Origin: Nitrospinaceae bacterium
GTDB lineage: Bacteria > Nitrospinota > Nitrospinia > Nitrospinales > VA-1
Assembly: GCA_046754465.1 (NCBI GenBank)
Contig: JBHHVU010000003.1
Coordinates: forward strand, 46,700 to 110,699
Direction: 5' to 3'
Length of the DNA: 64,000 nucleotides
The notes under the pieces were generated by a model. The model searched no databases, had not been told where the DNA came from, and worked only from the letters and a program-made list of their open reading frames with translations. Position 1 is the stretch's first letter. The number at the start of each line of letters is the position of its first letter. Shown piece after piece: positions 29,350 through 39,267 of the stretch. The position numbers and the translations under genes were made by a program.

Positions 29350-29722
29350 GGCCCCCCGGCAAACAACCGGAAAAGGATTTTCCCCGCCCTGCCAGAATGT
29401 TCACGCCTGAAAAGTATGGCCGTCCGGGGAATGCTTGAAATCGACTACCCTCCTTTCGCATTTCCTCTCCCCTCCCGGAAAAAAGATGAATCCCCTAACG
29501 GCCCTTTACGGATTCTTAATCCGTCAGATCGGGTTTCCGCCCCATTAAGTATTTTTCCTATCGTCATTCGGTGTTTCGCCCAAAAAAAAACCAGACATTA
29601 TCCGATACCGCTAAAAATTAAAATGACCTAGACTTCCACTGCCTATCCGGAAATTGAAACCAGACCTCGACGATCCGTGTCTGGAATCAGACCGGTATTC
29701 GTAACCCTCCGCGAGGGATCCC

Positions 29723-30184
29723 ATGAGGTCACTACGCCCCAACCAGGAAAAGCTAAATCGTGCCAAGCCGGCAAACCCTTTCGGGTTTTGGGTTTCCCAG
29801 CCGGTTTCCCACGGGAGGAAATATCTGGGTAGTTTTCTGGGGGGGTTGATTCTGCTAGGGATGGTGTTTTCCCTCGCTGAAGCACAGGCAAGGACTATTT
29901 CGTTGAATCCGCCGGACAAGGGAATTTCCCGTGTCAGCATTTCCAAAGGCGCGGCGGTTCAGCTGAGCAACGATTTCAAGGCGGCTCTCCACAACTTGAT
30001 GATCATTGAGGTTTCTTCCGGACGCAAGGTTATCAGTGTCCGTAAATTTCTTCCCGGCCAGACGATGGAGCTCGAATTCAACCAAGAAGGAACTTATGTG
30101 ATCTGTTATTCGATCGGGCCCGAGGTCCAGCGGGTGAACGATATGTGTCTGCAAATAAACGTGGGGGGATTGCAGCCGGTTTGA
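29723..30184 (+). CDS. Exported hypothetical protein with degenerate cupredoxin-like pattern
   Basis: Signal ending AQA, HNL, PGQTMELEF..EGTY..C; start uncertain. Confidence 0.55.
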   Translation: MRSLRPNQEKLNRAKPANPFGFWVSQPVSHGRKYLGSFLGGLILLGMVFSLAEAQARTISLNPPDKGISRVSISKGAAVQLSNDFKAALHNLMIIEVSSGRKVISVRKFLPGQTMELEFNQEGTYVICYSIGPEVQRVNDMCLQINVGGLQPV

Positions 30185-30274
30185 TACCTTGGGCCGGAAA
30201 GTAAAACGTTAGCATTTTTCTGTTACACACCGTAAGACCAACTTCAACTGTCAATTTTGGAAAGGAGAAGGGGA

Positions 30275-30715
30275 ATGAAAAAGATCATCTTGTTTACGGC
30301 AATTTTTATCGTCAGTCTCTGTGCTTCCGCGTTCGCGGCGCAGATCAACCAAAATCAGTCCGCCAGCTGTCAGGACGCGAATTCCATTGAAATCGCCATT
30401 GTCAAAACCACCCCGGCTTATAAGGACAAGTTCGGCTACACCAGCAACGACAGGGGCACGGCCAACCTGGTGATTTGGAAATCCTCCAACTATACCACCA
30501 TCCCGCTCACCCTGGGTCCGAACGACAGCAACAAGACCGTCATGGGCAAGGATCATGGGAGAACCGGCTTGGACATCATCGGCTCCATGGGCGTCAGCAA
30601 AGTTGTTTTGACCCATCAGCCGAAATTCAGCCGGGGTGACTCCATTGGGGATATCAGCGGCCTGGTAAAAATCACCAACACCGGTACCGTTCCCGTTACG
30701 GTCACCTGTAAGTAA
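30275..30715 (+). CDS. Exported hypothetical beta-rich protein
   Basis: AAGGAG RBS, signal MKKIILFTAIFIVSLCASAFA, one Cys near each end of the mature protein. Confidence 0.75.
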   Translation: MKKIILFTAIFIVSLCASAFAAQINQNQSASCQDANSIEIAIVKTTPAYKDKFGYTSNDRGTANLVIWKSSNYTTIPLTLGPNDSNKTVMGKDHGRTGLDIIGSMGVSKVVLTHQPKFSRGDSIGDISGLVKITNTGTVPVTVTCK

Positions 30716-30754
30716 AATTCAAGGACTTTATAGCGAGTAAGGTCCTTACCCTGG

Positions 30755-30785
30755 AACAGCCGGCCCTTGGCCGGCTGTTTTTTTT
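30755..30785 (+). terminator. Intrinsic terminator
   Basis: aacagccggcc-ctt-ggccggctgtt followed by a T run. Confidence 0.85.
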
Positions 30786-30992
30786 CCTCTCCCACCGCCC
30801 CCTCATGGAAACCCCGGTTGCCTCTGTAAAATCGATTTGAATAAGCCTCCCTTCCAGGTTTCCCGGGAAAGTCAACGTAGAGAAAACCGGGTTTTCAGGT
30901 TAAACGGATGGGAATAATCGTGGGAATGGCCAGAGAAAGATAATAAAACAAAGGAGGGTAGAAAAACGATCCCTGGCCGCAGGGGGCGAGGG

Positions 30993-31208
30993 TTAAATCT
31001 GGCTTCTGTAGATCAAAATATTCATCAGCCGGCGGTAATGGTCGTCCGAAAAAAGTTCAGCGTCATCCTGATGCAGATTATAAGCACCGAGAGATTCAAA
31101 AATTCCCGGCCGGGCGTTATTCTTAGCGACTAAAACCAGGCGCCTCTTTTCCGCCCCGGCCAAGTTGGTTTTGAGTGAATAAATTTTTCTTTCCTCGATC
31201 TTATGCAC
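30993..31208 (-). CDS. Small hypothetical protein
   Basis: ORF in an intergenic gap with GAGGGG upstream of a GTG start; no recognisable motif. Confidence 0.35.
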   Translation of the reverse strand: MHKIEERKIYSLKTNLAGAEKRRLVLVAKNNARPGIFESLGAYNLHQDDAELFSDDHYRRLMNILIYRSQI

Positions 31209-31460
31209 TCTTTCCCCTCATAAAACTCGTGGAAAAAGAACCCGAAGGTTTGTTGGAATAACTTGATAACAGGGATGAGCAAAATATATACCACAAACGG
31301 GGTATTCTCAACACAATAATATAACAGCCCATAATTAAACAAGTTATGCTAGAGAACGGGCTCGCGCCGCGACAAACACTTCGCCGTAATTTCAGGTATT
31401 GTCAGGAATTTTGACGCAGGATGGGTTGCCGAACCGGTTCCCACGCCAAAAGGGACCGAA

Positions 31461-32591
31461 TCAGGAAAGGGTCTTTTTGAACCTTTTGATCGTCAACCAG
31501 AGGGTGAGCGTACCCAGCAGCAGCAACGCCGCCATTTGAGGCCAGAGAATATTGAAACCCAGTCCCTTGAGAAAGATTCCTCTGGAAATAATGACAAAAT
31601 ACCGCATGGGATTCAGGTAAGTCATCCATTGAACGATTTCCGGCATATTGGCGATAGGAAAAAAGAATCCAGAGAGAAGGTTGACGGGGAAAATATAGAA
31701 GAAAGCGCTCATCATGGCCTGCTGTTGCGTCCTGCTGATGGTGGAAATCAGAAGTCCCACACCCAGAGTGTTCATCAAGTAAAGACCGGCGGATACCAGC
31801 ATGGCCAACGGGTTTCCCCGTATGGGAACTTCAAACCAGAAGACGGCCACCAGGGAAATTATGAAAACGTCCATAAAACCCAGGAGGGCAAATGGCAGCG
31901 TTTTCCCCAGAATGAATTCCCCCGGTCGAATGGGTGTCACCATGATCTGTTCCATCGTGCCGATTTCCTTTTCCCGCACCACCGCCATGCTGGTCAGCAT
32001 GACCGTCACCACCAGAACGAGCAGGCTGATCACGCCTGGGACATAGAACAGGCGGCTTTCCAGGTTTTCATTAAACCAGGCTCGATTTTCCAGTTCTACT
32101 TTTCCAGGTTCTATCCGCGACCCGACGAACCGGGAAAACTGCTTCCTCAAAAGCTCTTGCGAATACCGACCCGTGATCTGATTGCTATAATCAAGCACAA
32201 TTCCGGCAGTATTGGAATCGGTCCCATCCACGATCACCTGCAAAGCCGCTTTTTTCCCGGCACGCAGGTTTGCTTCAAACCCTTTGTTGAACCGCAAAAT
32301 GGCCTGAACCCTTCCCCGGTCCATCAATTGCCTCATCTGAGATTCATTGGACACACGGGTAACCATATCGAAATATCCCGAATGCTCGAACCGGGACGTT
32401 AACTCGCGGCTCGCGACACTGTTATCCAGATCCAGGACCGCCGTTGCCACATGGTCCACGTCAGTATTCACCGCATATCCGAATAAGATCATTTGCATCA
32501 CCGGGGTAATGAAAACGATGGTTTTCATTCGAGGATCACGAAATATCTGAATGAACTCCTTAATCAGCATGTACTTGAGACGTTCAAACAT
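31461..32591 (-). CDS. ABC-2 exporter permease (YbhR-like)
   Basis: KEFIQIFRDPR, VDGTDSN and REKEIGTMEQIMVTP motifs; start moved to ATG 32591. Confidence 0.92.
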   Translation of the reverse strand: MFERLKYMLIKEFIQIFRDPRMKTIVFITPVMQMILFGYAVNTDVDHVATAVLDLDNSVASRELTSRFEHSGYFDMVTRVSNESQMRQLMDRGRVQAILRFNKGFEANLRAGKKAALQVIVDGTDSNTAGIVLDYSNQITGRYSQELLRKQFSRFVGSRIEPGKVELENRAWFNENLESRLFYVPGVISLLVLVVTVMLTSMAVVREKEIGTMEQIMVTPIRPGEFILGKTLPFALLGFMDVFIISLVAVFWFEVPIRGNPLAMLVSAGLYLMNTLGVGLLISTISRTQQQAMMSAFFYIFPVNLLSGFFFPIANMPEIVQWMTYLNPMRYFVIISRGIFLKGLGFNILWPQMAALLLLGTLTLWLTIKRFKKTLS

Positions 32592-32593
32592 TA

Positions 32594-33727
32594 CTACCCC
32601 AGTTTCTTTTTGAACTTGATGACCGCCAGCCCGATCATGACTACGGCAAAAAGGGTGAGAAGCCCAGCCTCCAGGAACATCACTTCCAACCCCACTCCTT
32701 TCAGGTAAACGCCCTTGAGAAGATGCACCAGGTACATCGCGGGAACCAGGTGCGTGATCCATTGGACCACCACCGGCATGTTGTTTATGGGAAAGGCGAA
32801 TCCGGAAAGCAGAAATGCCGGGATGAAGGTGGTGAGCAAGGCCAGCTGGTTGGCCAGGAGCTGGTTTTTGGTAAGGATGCTGATCAGCATGCCCATCGAG
32901 GACGCCCCCACGAGAAACACTGATGCCAGGCCAAAGAGCAGCCACACGCTCCCACGCAGGGGCACATGAAAAAGAAATTCGCCCATGAGCACGGCCAGCA
33001 AAACGTCGAATATCCCGATGGCAAAATACGGCGCCAGTTTACCCAGTATCAGTTCGGGTCCCGTCAAGGGGGTGGAAATGAGCTGTTCCATGGTCCCGCG
33101 TTCCCATTCCCGGGCTACCGTTAAGGAAGTCAGAAGCGCGGCGATAACCATCATGATCACCGCAATCAGTCCGGGAATGATGAAATTCTTCGATTCCATA
33201 TCGGCATTGAACCAGACGCGCGGCCTAACATCCACAGGCCTCTCCAGAATTTTTCCCATTACCTTGCGAATGTCCCGCAAAACCACTTCTTCAGAATAAG
33301 CCAGAGTGACCGCCGTCGCATACCCCGTCGCAATGGTGGCCGTGTTGGCATCACTGCCATCCACAATCCATTGCACCTGAACCGGCCGTCTGGATTCCAG
33401 CCGCTGAGCAAAATCGCGGGGAAGAATCAACCCGGCAAGAATTGTTCCCATATCGATCGCTCGTTCCAAATCGCGGTAATTTTCCGTGTGACCTTTTATC
33501 TGAAAGTAGCGCGAGGCTTTAAATCGGCTGATAAATTCCCGGCTGGCAGGCGATTCGCTCTGATCCCAAACCATGATCGGCACATTATCCACATCAAGGG
33601 TCAGCGCGTAAGCAAATAACAACAAAAGAATGACCGGGATGACGACGCCCATTATAATACTGCGGGGATCCCTGATGACGTGGATGAATTCTTTCCGGGT
33701 CATGGCCCGGATGCGGCCATAATTCAT
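32594..33727 (-). CDS. ABC-2 exporter permease (YbhS-like)
   Basis: KEFIHVIRDPRS, VDGSDAN and AREWERGTMEQLISTP motifs. Confidence 0.92.
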   Translation of the reverse strand: MNYGRIRAMTRKEFIHVIRDPRSIIMGVVIPVILLLLFAYALTLDVDNVPIMVWDQSESPASREFISRFKASRYFQIKGHTENYRDLERAIDMGTILAGLILPRDFAQRLESRRPVQVQWIVDGSDANTATIATGYATAVTLAYSEEVVLRDIRKVMGKILERPVDVRPRVWFNADMESKNFIIPGLIAVIMMVIAALLTSLTVAREWERGTMEQLISTPLTGPELILGKLAPYFAIGIFDVLLAVLMGEFLFHVPLRGSVWLLFGLASVFLVGASSMGMLISILTKNQLLANQLALLTTFIPAFLLSGFAFPINNMPVVVQWITHLVPAMYLVHLLKGVYLKGVGLEVMFLEAGLLTLFAVVMIGLAVIKFKKKLG

Positions 33728-34713
33728 CGCTTCACTTCCTCCTGGGCATCCAGGGACCGCTCCCGGCCCTGAATGAGCGCCACAAAAATATTCTCCAGGG
33801 AAGGTGGAATCCTTTCGATCCGATCCACCCGATAACCGTTTTTATCCAGCAGATGGAAAATTCGTTGTTCCGCGGAGGGGTCGTCCTCCATGACAACGTG
33901 GAGGCTCAATCCGAACAGGGAGACATCTTGAATTCCCGGTTGTCCTTCCAGGTCAATCATTGCATCCTGGGGCCGATCACATAAAATCTCCCAAACGGTT
34001 CCCTGCATCCATTCCGATTTAAGCTGTTCCGGAGTTCCGCAGGCGATTAGTTCGCCTCTGTAAAGAAGGCCCAACCGATTGCAGTTTTCCGCTTCGTCCA
34101 TGTAATGGGTCGTGACGAAAACGGTGACTCCCTGCTCGGAAAGTTCATAAATGAGGTCCCAGAAGCGGCGGCGGTTAATCGGGTCCACTCCCGAAGTAGG
34201 TTCATCCAAAAAAAGGATGCGGGGCTCGTGAAGGACTGCACATCCCAGGGCCAGCCGCTGTTTCAATCCGCCAGGGAGAATTCCCGTGGGCGATTCGCGA
34301 TATTCCCGGAGGTGTGCCATCTCAATGACCCATTCTTTTCGATCCTTTTTCTTTTTCTGGGGAATTTGATAGATGCCGCTGAAAAAATCAATGTTCTCCT
34401 CCACCGTCAGGTTCTGGTAAAGCGAGAACTTCTGGCTCATGTAGCCAATGTGGGATTTGATGTCCTCGGTTTGCGTGAGGATATCGTATCCCGCAACGGT
34501 CCCCGTCCCTGCCGAGGGGAGAAGGATGCCGCACAGCATCCGGATGGTCGTCGACTTTCCCGAGCCGTTGGGTCCGAGAAACCCAAACACCTCGCCCGTT
34601 TTAACTTCAAAACTGACTCCATTGACAGCAGTGAATCCGCCAAACCGTTTCACCAGTTCCTTGACGACCACCGCGTTTTCCCGGTTACCCATTCGCGCGC
34701 CCGCCGAGTTCAT
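33724..34713 (-). CDS. ABC exporter ATP-binding subunit (YbhF C-half-like)
   Basis: GPNGSGKST, LFLDEPTSGVD and VTTHYMDEAE motifs; start may be 34692. Confidence 0.93.
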   Translation of the reverse strand: MNSAGARMGNRENAVVVKELVKRFGGFTAVNGVSFEVKTGEVFGFLGPNGSGKSTTIRMLCGILLPSAGTGTVAGYDILTQTEDIKSHIGYMSQKFSLYQNLTVEENIDFFSGIYQIPQKKKKDRKEWVIEMAHLREYRESPTGILPGGLKQRLALGCAVLHEPRILFLDEPTSGVDPINRRRFWDLIYELSEQGVTVFVTTHYMDEAENCNRLGLLYRGELIACGTPEQLKSEWMQGTVWEILCDRPQDAMIDLEGQPGIQDVSLFGLSLHVVMEDDPSAEQRIFHLLDKNGYRVDRIERIPPSLENIFVALIQGRERSLDAQEEVKR

Positions 34714-35629
34714 TTTCTTTTCCTAGAATGGAAACAAAAATATCTTCCAGGCTGGGTTCAATAATACGGATCCCCTGAACCTGAAAACCGGCCAATCGCA
34801 GAAAAGATTCGATTTCCGCAAGGGTCCGGTCCGGATCCTGGCTGACGACATGCACCCGGTCACCGAACAAACTGGCAGATCCTAATCCCGGCTTTTCCTG
34901 CAAGAGGTGAAAAACTTCCCTGGACTGGATCGTTCGGACCTGGATGACAGCGCCGGGCATCAGTTTTTTCACTTCCTTGGGCGGACCAATGGTCAAAAGC
35001 CCGCCTTTATGGATGAGGCCAACACGGTGGCAGCGTTCGGCTTCATCCAAGTATGCCGTCGAGAGAAAAATGGTGACGTTCTGGCGAAGGAGTTGATCCA
35101 GGATATTCCAGAAATCCCGGCGCGACACGGGATCGACCCCGTTGGTAGGTTCATCGAGAAAGAGAACCCTGGGGGTGTGAATTAAAGCGCAAACCAGGCC
35201 CAGCTTCTGCTTCATGCCTCCCGAAAGATTTCCCGCAAGCCGTCTTTTAAAGGGAGCCAGGTTGCTGAAGGAAAGAAGCCGGGCGATTGTTTGCTCCCTT
35301 CCCTTTCGTGGAACGGAGTAAATATCCGCATAAAAATGAATATTTTCCATCACCGTCAAGTCTTCATACAACCCAAATTGCTGGCTCATGTAGCCGATCT
35401 TTTCCTTGAGGGCTTCACCGTCTTTTACCACGTGGTGACCACAAACCCACGCGTCTCCGGAAGTCGGGTCCATGATCGCTGTTAACAGCCTCATGATGGT
35501 ACTCTTTCCCGCACCGTCGGGACCCACGAGACCAAAGATTTCTCCCTCATTAACGCTAAAGCTCAAGTCGTTCACCGCAACGAGGGAGCCAAATTTTTTA
35601 GTGAGATTTTCAAGCCGGATGGCAGTCAT
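34685..35629 (-). CDS. ABC exporter ATP-binding subunit (YbhF N-half-like)
   Basis: GPDGAGKST, LSGGMKQKL, DEPTNGVD and STAYLDEAE motifs. Confidence 0.93.
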   Translation of the reverse strand: MTAIRLENLTKKFGSLVAVNDLSFSVNEGEIFGLVGPDGAGKSTIMRLLTAIMDPTSGDAWVCGHHVVKDGEALKEKIGYMSQQFGLYEDLTVMENIHFYADIYSVPRKGREQTIARLLSFSNLAPFKRRLAGNLSGGMKQKLGLVCALIHTPRVLFLDEPTNGVDPVSRRDFWNILDQLLRQNVTIFLSTAYLDEAERCHRVGLIHKGGLLTIGPPKEVKKLMPGAVIQVRTIQSREVFHLLQEKPGLGSASLFGDRVHVVSQDPDRTLAEIESFLRLAGFQVQGIRIIEPSLEDIFVSILGKENELGGRANG

Positions 35630-36789
35630 CAGGAGGTGTTTTCCGTCAGGAAAATTTCCACATCGACGGGCATACCGGGTTTCAGTTCCATGTTGGGGTT
35701 CCGAATGTCTACTTTGACCCGGTAAACCAGTTTGACACGTTCTTTTTCGGTTTGAACGTTTTTGGGTGTGAATTCCGCCTGGGAGGCAATGAACGAAACC
35801 ACGCCCGAATACACTTTTCCTGGATAGGTGTCAGAAGTCACCTGCGCGGTTTGTCCGACCTTGACCCGTCCCAGATCGGTTTCGTTGATGTAGCCGCGCA
35901 CCCAAACGTTTCCCAGGTCAGCCACGGTAACGACCGGAGTCCCGGGAACCACGTATTCTCCCGGTTCGATATTTTCGGAGAGGACCACCCCGGAAAGCGG
36001 TGACACCACCTGGGTATAACCCAGTTGGGTTTGGGCCAGGGCCAGGGAGGCTTTCGCCTTTTCCAGGCGGGCCCGGGCCTGATCGATTTTTTCCTTACGC
36101 GGTCCTTTCTTGATGAGCGCGTAGCGTTCCTGCACCTCCCTCAACGCGGCGCGGGCCTGGTCGATATCTTCCTTCCGCGGACCCTCCCGGGCCATGCGCA
36201 GGAGTTCCTCGGTTTGCCTCACCTGCGCCTGGGCCATTTTGAAGTTGGTTCGGGCCTTGTCATAGGTTTCGGCGGACACCACGCCATCTTCAAAGAGTTT
36301 TTTGTACCGCTTCAATTCGATCGCCAGGTTTTCCATGTCCGCCTTGGCGCGCTGGACGGTGGCTTCCGAGGCGGCAATTTCCTCTGGGCGCGATCCCGCC
36401 AGCAGCTCGTCCAAAGCCGCCCGGGCTTTTTCCACCGCCGCTTCCGCTTGCGCGATTTCTTCCGGACGCGACCCCGCCAAAAGTTCCGCGAGGTCCGCTT
36501 CGGCGGCCCGAACCTCGGACCGGCGAATTTCCACCTCATGGGCTTGGTCTTCGCTTTCCAGCCGGGCGACCGTCTGCCCGGCCCGAACCGTTTCTCCCTC
36601 TTTGACCCGCCGCTCCTTCACCCGTCCGCCGATTTTGAAACTAACCTCCGCGTCGGTCACCTCAATATTTCCGGAAAGACGAATGACCTCCCCGGCCACC
36701 TCATTTTTCACCTTCATGAACCATTCAGCAAAAACCACGCCGCCGACGGCCAGTAGAATAAAAATGGTCCATTTCCCTTTTCTTGCCAT
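35629..36789 (-). CDS. HlyD-family periplasmic adaptor (YbhG-like)
   Basis: N-terminal TM, LSGNIE, repeated GSRPEEI coiled coil, AEFTPKNVQT and LKPGMP motifs. Confidence 0.92.
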   Translation of the reverse strand: MARKGKWTIFILLAVGGVVFAEWFMKVKNEVAGEVIRLSGNIEVTDAEVSFKIGGRVKERRVKEGETVRAGQTVARLESEDQAHEVEIRRSEVRAAEADLAELLAGSRPEEIAQAEAAVEKARAALDELLAGSRPEEIAASEATVQRAKADMENLAIELKRYKKLFEDGVVSAETYDKARTNFKMAQAQVRQTEELLRMAREGPRKEDIDQARAALREVQERYALIKKGPRKEKIDQARARLEKAKASLALAQTQLGYTQVVSPLSGVVLSENIEPGEYVVPGTPVVTVADLGNVWVRGYINETDLGRVKVGQTAQVTSDTYPGKVYSGVVSFIASQAEFTPKNVQTEKERVKLVYRVKVDIRNPNMELKPGMPVDVEIFLTENTS

Positions 36790-37005
36790 TCACCCCCTCC
36801 GAAAAAAATGCGGCATCTTTCGGTTCCTCCCTCCCATGACAGCCCTGGGATAAGCCGCGGCCCATTTTCAGGAAATAACATAACATATTTAAATTGAATG
36901 TTTTACGATAAGGCTTAATTTTCTGACCATTATCTGATAACCTAGGCCGCTGTTGAAAGCCCAGCGTTTCCACCCCATGAAAAAATCCCTTAGTGATTCT
37001 TTAAT

Positions 37006-38424
37006 ATGAGCAACGAAATCCGCGTACGATTCGCCCCCAGTCCCACAGGGTATCTCCATATCGGCGGCGTCCGCACCGCCCTGTTCAACTGGCTGTTCGC
37101 CCGGCACGAGGGAGGAAAATTCATTCTTCGGATCGAGGATACCGATCTCTCACGGTCCACCGAGGAATCCATCCAGGAGATCCTCGAAGCGCTGCAATGG
37201 CTCGGATTGGATTGGGATGAAGGTCCCTACCGGCAAATGGAACGCAGAAAACTTTATGAAGAAAAAGTGGCCCTGCTGCTTCGGGAAGATAAAGCCTACC
37301 CCTGCTTCTGCAGGCCGGAGGAATTGGAAACAAAAAGGAAGGAAGCACAGAAAAAAGGACTGAAACCCAAATACGACGGTCGTTGCCGGGACCGCAAGGA
37401 CCGCCCCCAGGACGTGCCGTTCGTGGTGCGCTTTAAAACTCCCCGGGAGGGGACGGTGACCATCCACGACGCGCTGCGGGGAAAAATCGTTTTCAACAAC
37501 GAAGAACTCGACGACCTGATCATCCAGCGGACCGACGGCACCCCCACCTACAATTTCGTCGTGGTGGTGGACGACGCGGACATGCGCATCAGCCACGTGA
37601 TCCGGGGCGACGACCACCTTTCCAACACCCCCCGGCAAGCGCTGCTTTATGACAGCTTGAACGTTCCGCGTCCACAATTCGCCCACATCTCGATGATCCT
37701 GGGCGCGGATAAATCCCGCCTCAGCAAGCGCCACGGCGCCACATCCACCCTCGCTTACCGGACCATGGGCTACCTGCCCGAGGCGATGGTCAACTACCTG
37801 GTGCGGCTCGGCTGGTCGCACGGCGACCAGGAACTATTCAGCAGGGAGGAACTGATCCGGCATTTCTCACTGGAGAGCGTAACCACCTCTGCCGCCGTAT
37901 TCAATCCGGAAAAACTGCTCTGGGTCAACCAGCAGTACATTCAATCCACCCCGCCCCTGGAACTGGCCAAGCATCTCGAACCGATCCTCGTGCAGGAAAA
38001 CATTCTTCCCGAAGGTCACGGATTGAGCTTGGAGGAGATCGCGCGTCCCATCCCCGCCCTCAACCAGCGGTCCACCACCCTGGTGGAGATGGCTAGGAAA
38101 GCCGGGTTCTTTTTCAGAAAAGAATTGGAGTTCGACGAAAAGGCCCGCGCCAAATTCCTGACCGCCGAAATCAAACTGCGGTTGGAGGAATTGGCCGGCG
38201 GACTTTCCGCCCTGGAGGAATTCACACCGGAAACGGTGGAGACTCTGTTCAAGGAGATCGTGGAGAAGGCGGGAATCAAGCTGGGGAAGCTGGCGCAGCC
38301 GGTGCGCGTGGCCCTGACGGGCAAAAAGGAGAGTCCCGGCATCTACGAGGTCATTCTTCTACTCGGCCGCGAGACCACCCTATCCCGCCTCAAGAACGCC
38401 ATCGCCTGGATCGATTCCCTGTAG
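37006..38424 (+). CDS. gltX: Glutamate--tRNA ligase
   Basis: RFAPSPTGYLHIGG, LRIEDTD, HVIRGDDH and LSKRHGA motifs. Confidence 0.97.
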   Translation: MSNEIRVRFAPSPTGYLHIGGVRTALFNWLFARHEGGKFILRIEDTDLSRSTEESIQEILEALQWLGLDWDEGPYRQMERRKLYEEKVALLLREDKAYPCFCRPEELETKRKEAQKKGLKPKYDGRCRDRKDRPQDVPFVVRFKTPREGTVTIHDALRGKIVFNNEELDDLIIQRTDGTPTYNFVVVVDDADMRISHVIRGDDHLSNTPRQALLYDSLNVPRPQFAHISMILGADKSRLSKRHGATSTLAYRTMGYLPEAMVNYLVRLGWSHGDQELFSREELIRHFSLESVTTSAAVFNPEKLLWVNQQYIQSTPPLELAKHLEPILVQENILPEGHGLSLEEIARPIPALNQRSTTLVEMARKAGFFFRKELEFDEKARAKFLTAEIKLRLEELAGGLSALEEFTPETVETLFKEIVEKAGIKLGKLAQPVRVALTGKKESPGIYEVILLLGRETTLSRLKNAIAWIDSL

Positions 38425-38474
38425 AGCAGGGGCGTGAAACCCCCAACAGGACCTTGATCCTGCCCATCAACGAT

Positions 38475-38494
38475 ATTATAACTTAGGTAATAAC
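38475..38494. promoter_or_regulatory. Candidate toxin-antitoxin autorepression operator
   Basis: Two imperfect GTTATAAC palindromes (ATTATAAC-ttag-GTAATAAC) overlapping the -10 region upstream of the antitoxin. Confidence 0.5.
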
Positions 38495-38510
38495 ATCCGG
38501 GGTTAAAGTC

Positions 38511-38738
38511 ATGGTGGATTTGAAAATCAGAAAAGTCGGGAATTCGCTGGGCGTGGTCCTGCCGCGTGAAGTGCTCAAAAAACTGCATATCCGGGATGGA
38601 GACAAGGTATTCCTGACTGAGGCTCCCGATGGCAATTACCGGATCACCCCCTACGATCCGGAATTTGAAAAACAAATGCGAATCGCCGAAGAAGGCATGG
38701 CCCGTTACCGCAACACCCTGCGGGCGCTTGCCGAATGA
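38511..38738 (+). CDS. AbrB/MazE-family antitoxin
   Basis: KIRKVGNSLGVVLPREV..GD.V, YDPEFEKQM..YRNTLRALAE; ATGA overlap with the toxin gene. Confidence 0.9.
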   Translation: MVDLKIRKVGNSLGVVLPREVLKKLHIRDGDKVFLTEAPDGNYRITPYDPEFEKQMRIAEEGMARYRNTLRALAE

Positions 38739-39217
38739 AAAAGGAGCCCGTCTGGGTTCCCAAGAACGTCGTGCTGGCCCTTCACGATGCCCTTCTTTCC
38801 GAACATGGCGGTCAATGGGGACTCCGGGATGACGCCCTTCTCGATTCCGCTCTCGCCCGGCCCAGACCATTGCTTTCCTACGGAGACCCAAATCTCTTCG
38901 GGCTCGCCACGGCTTATGTCAATGGGATCCTTCGCAACCACCCATTCATTGACGGCAACAAACGCACCGGATTCATGACCGGCTACGTCTTTCTCGCCCG
39001 AAACGGCAAACAATTAATCGCGCCTGAACCCCAGGCCACCCAGTTAGCAATCGGCCTCGCCGCCGGCAGGATGACTGAGCAGGAATTCACGGCGTGGCTT
39101 GAGCAAAATTGCAGTGGAGACAATGGACTGCCCCTTCCCCGAGGGTGTATAGACCGGGGGGATTTCACCGCAGAGAGCGCTGAGACCGCAAAGAAAATCC
39201 TATATGTCGAAAATTGA
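38735..39217 (+). CDS. doc: Death-on-curing (Doc/Fic) toxin; C-terminus reads through repeat DNA
   Basis: EHGG..GLRD..LLDSALARP and HPFIDGNKRT Doc motif. Confidence 0.9.
   Translation: MKKEPVWVPKNVVLALHDALLSEHGGQWGLRDDALLDSALARPRPLLSYGDPNLFGLATAYVNGILRNHPFIDGNKRTGFMTGYVFLARNGKQLIAPEPQATQLAIGLAAGRMTEQEFTAWLEQNCSGDNGLPLPRGCIDRGDFTAESAETAKKILYVEN
39131..39193 (+). repeat. Left nested REP-like repeats (outer ggggggattt; inner 3x cgcNNag unit)
   Basis: ccccttccccgaggg...ggggggattt followed by caccgcagagagcgctgagaccgcaaag. Confidence 0.6.
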
Positions 39218-39267
39218 ACCTGTTAAAGGTAACTTTAATTGATAAATTAAAGGATAAAACGAAAAAT

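Noticed and set aside
29520..29610. Phased binding sites for the NarL-type regulator
   Set aside because: Candidate repeats (taagtatttttcctat, ccagacattatccgat) are too degenerate to support.
31461..32945. 494-aa version of the ABC permease
   Set aside because: The N-terminal 118 aa overlap the upstream permease in another frame; family similarity begins at ATG 32591.
36121..36500. Internal GSRPEEI/GPRKE repeats in the HlyD protein as a novel repeat
   Set aside because: These are ordinary hairpin-extension repeats of YbhG-like adaptors.
37006..39217. Toxin targeting the adjacent GltX (HipA-like logic)
   Set aside because: The toxin has the Doc motif HPFxDGNKR, and characterised Doc kinases target EF-Tu; adjacency alone is not evidence.
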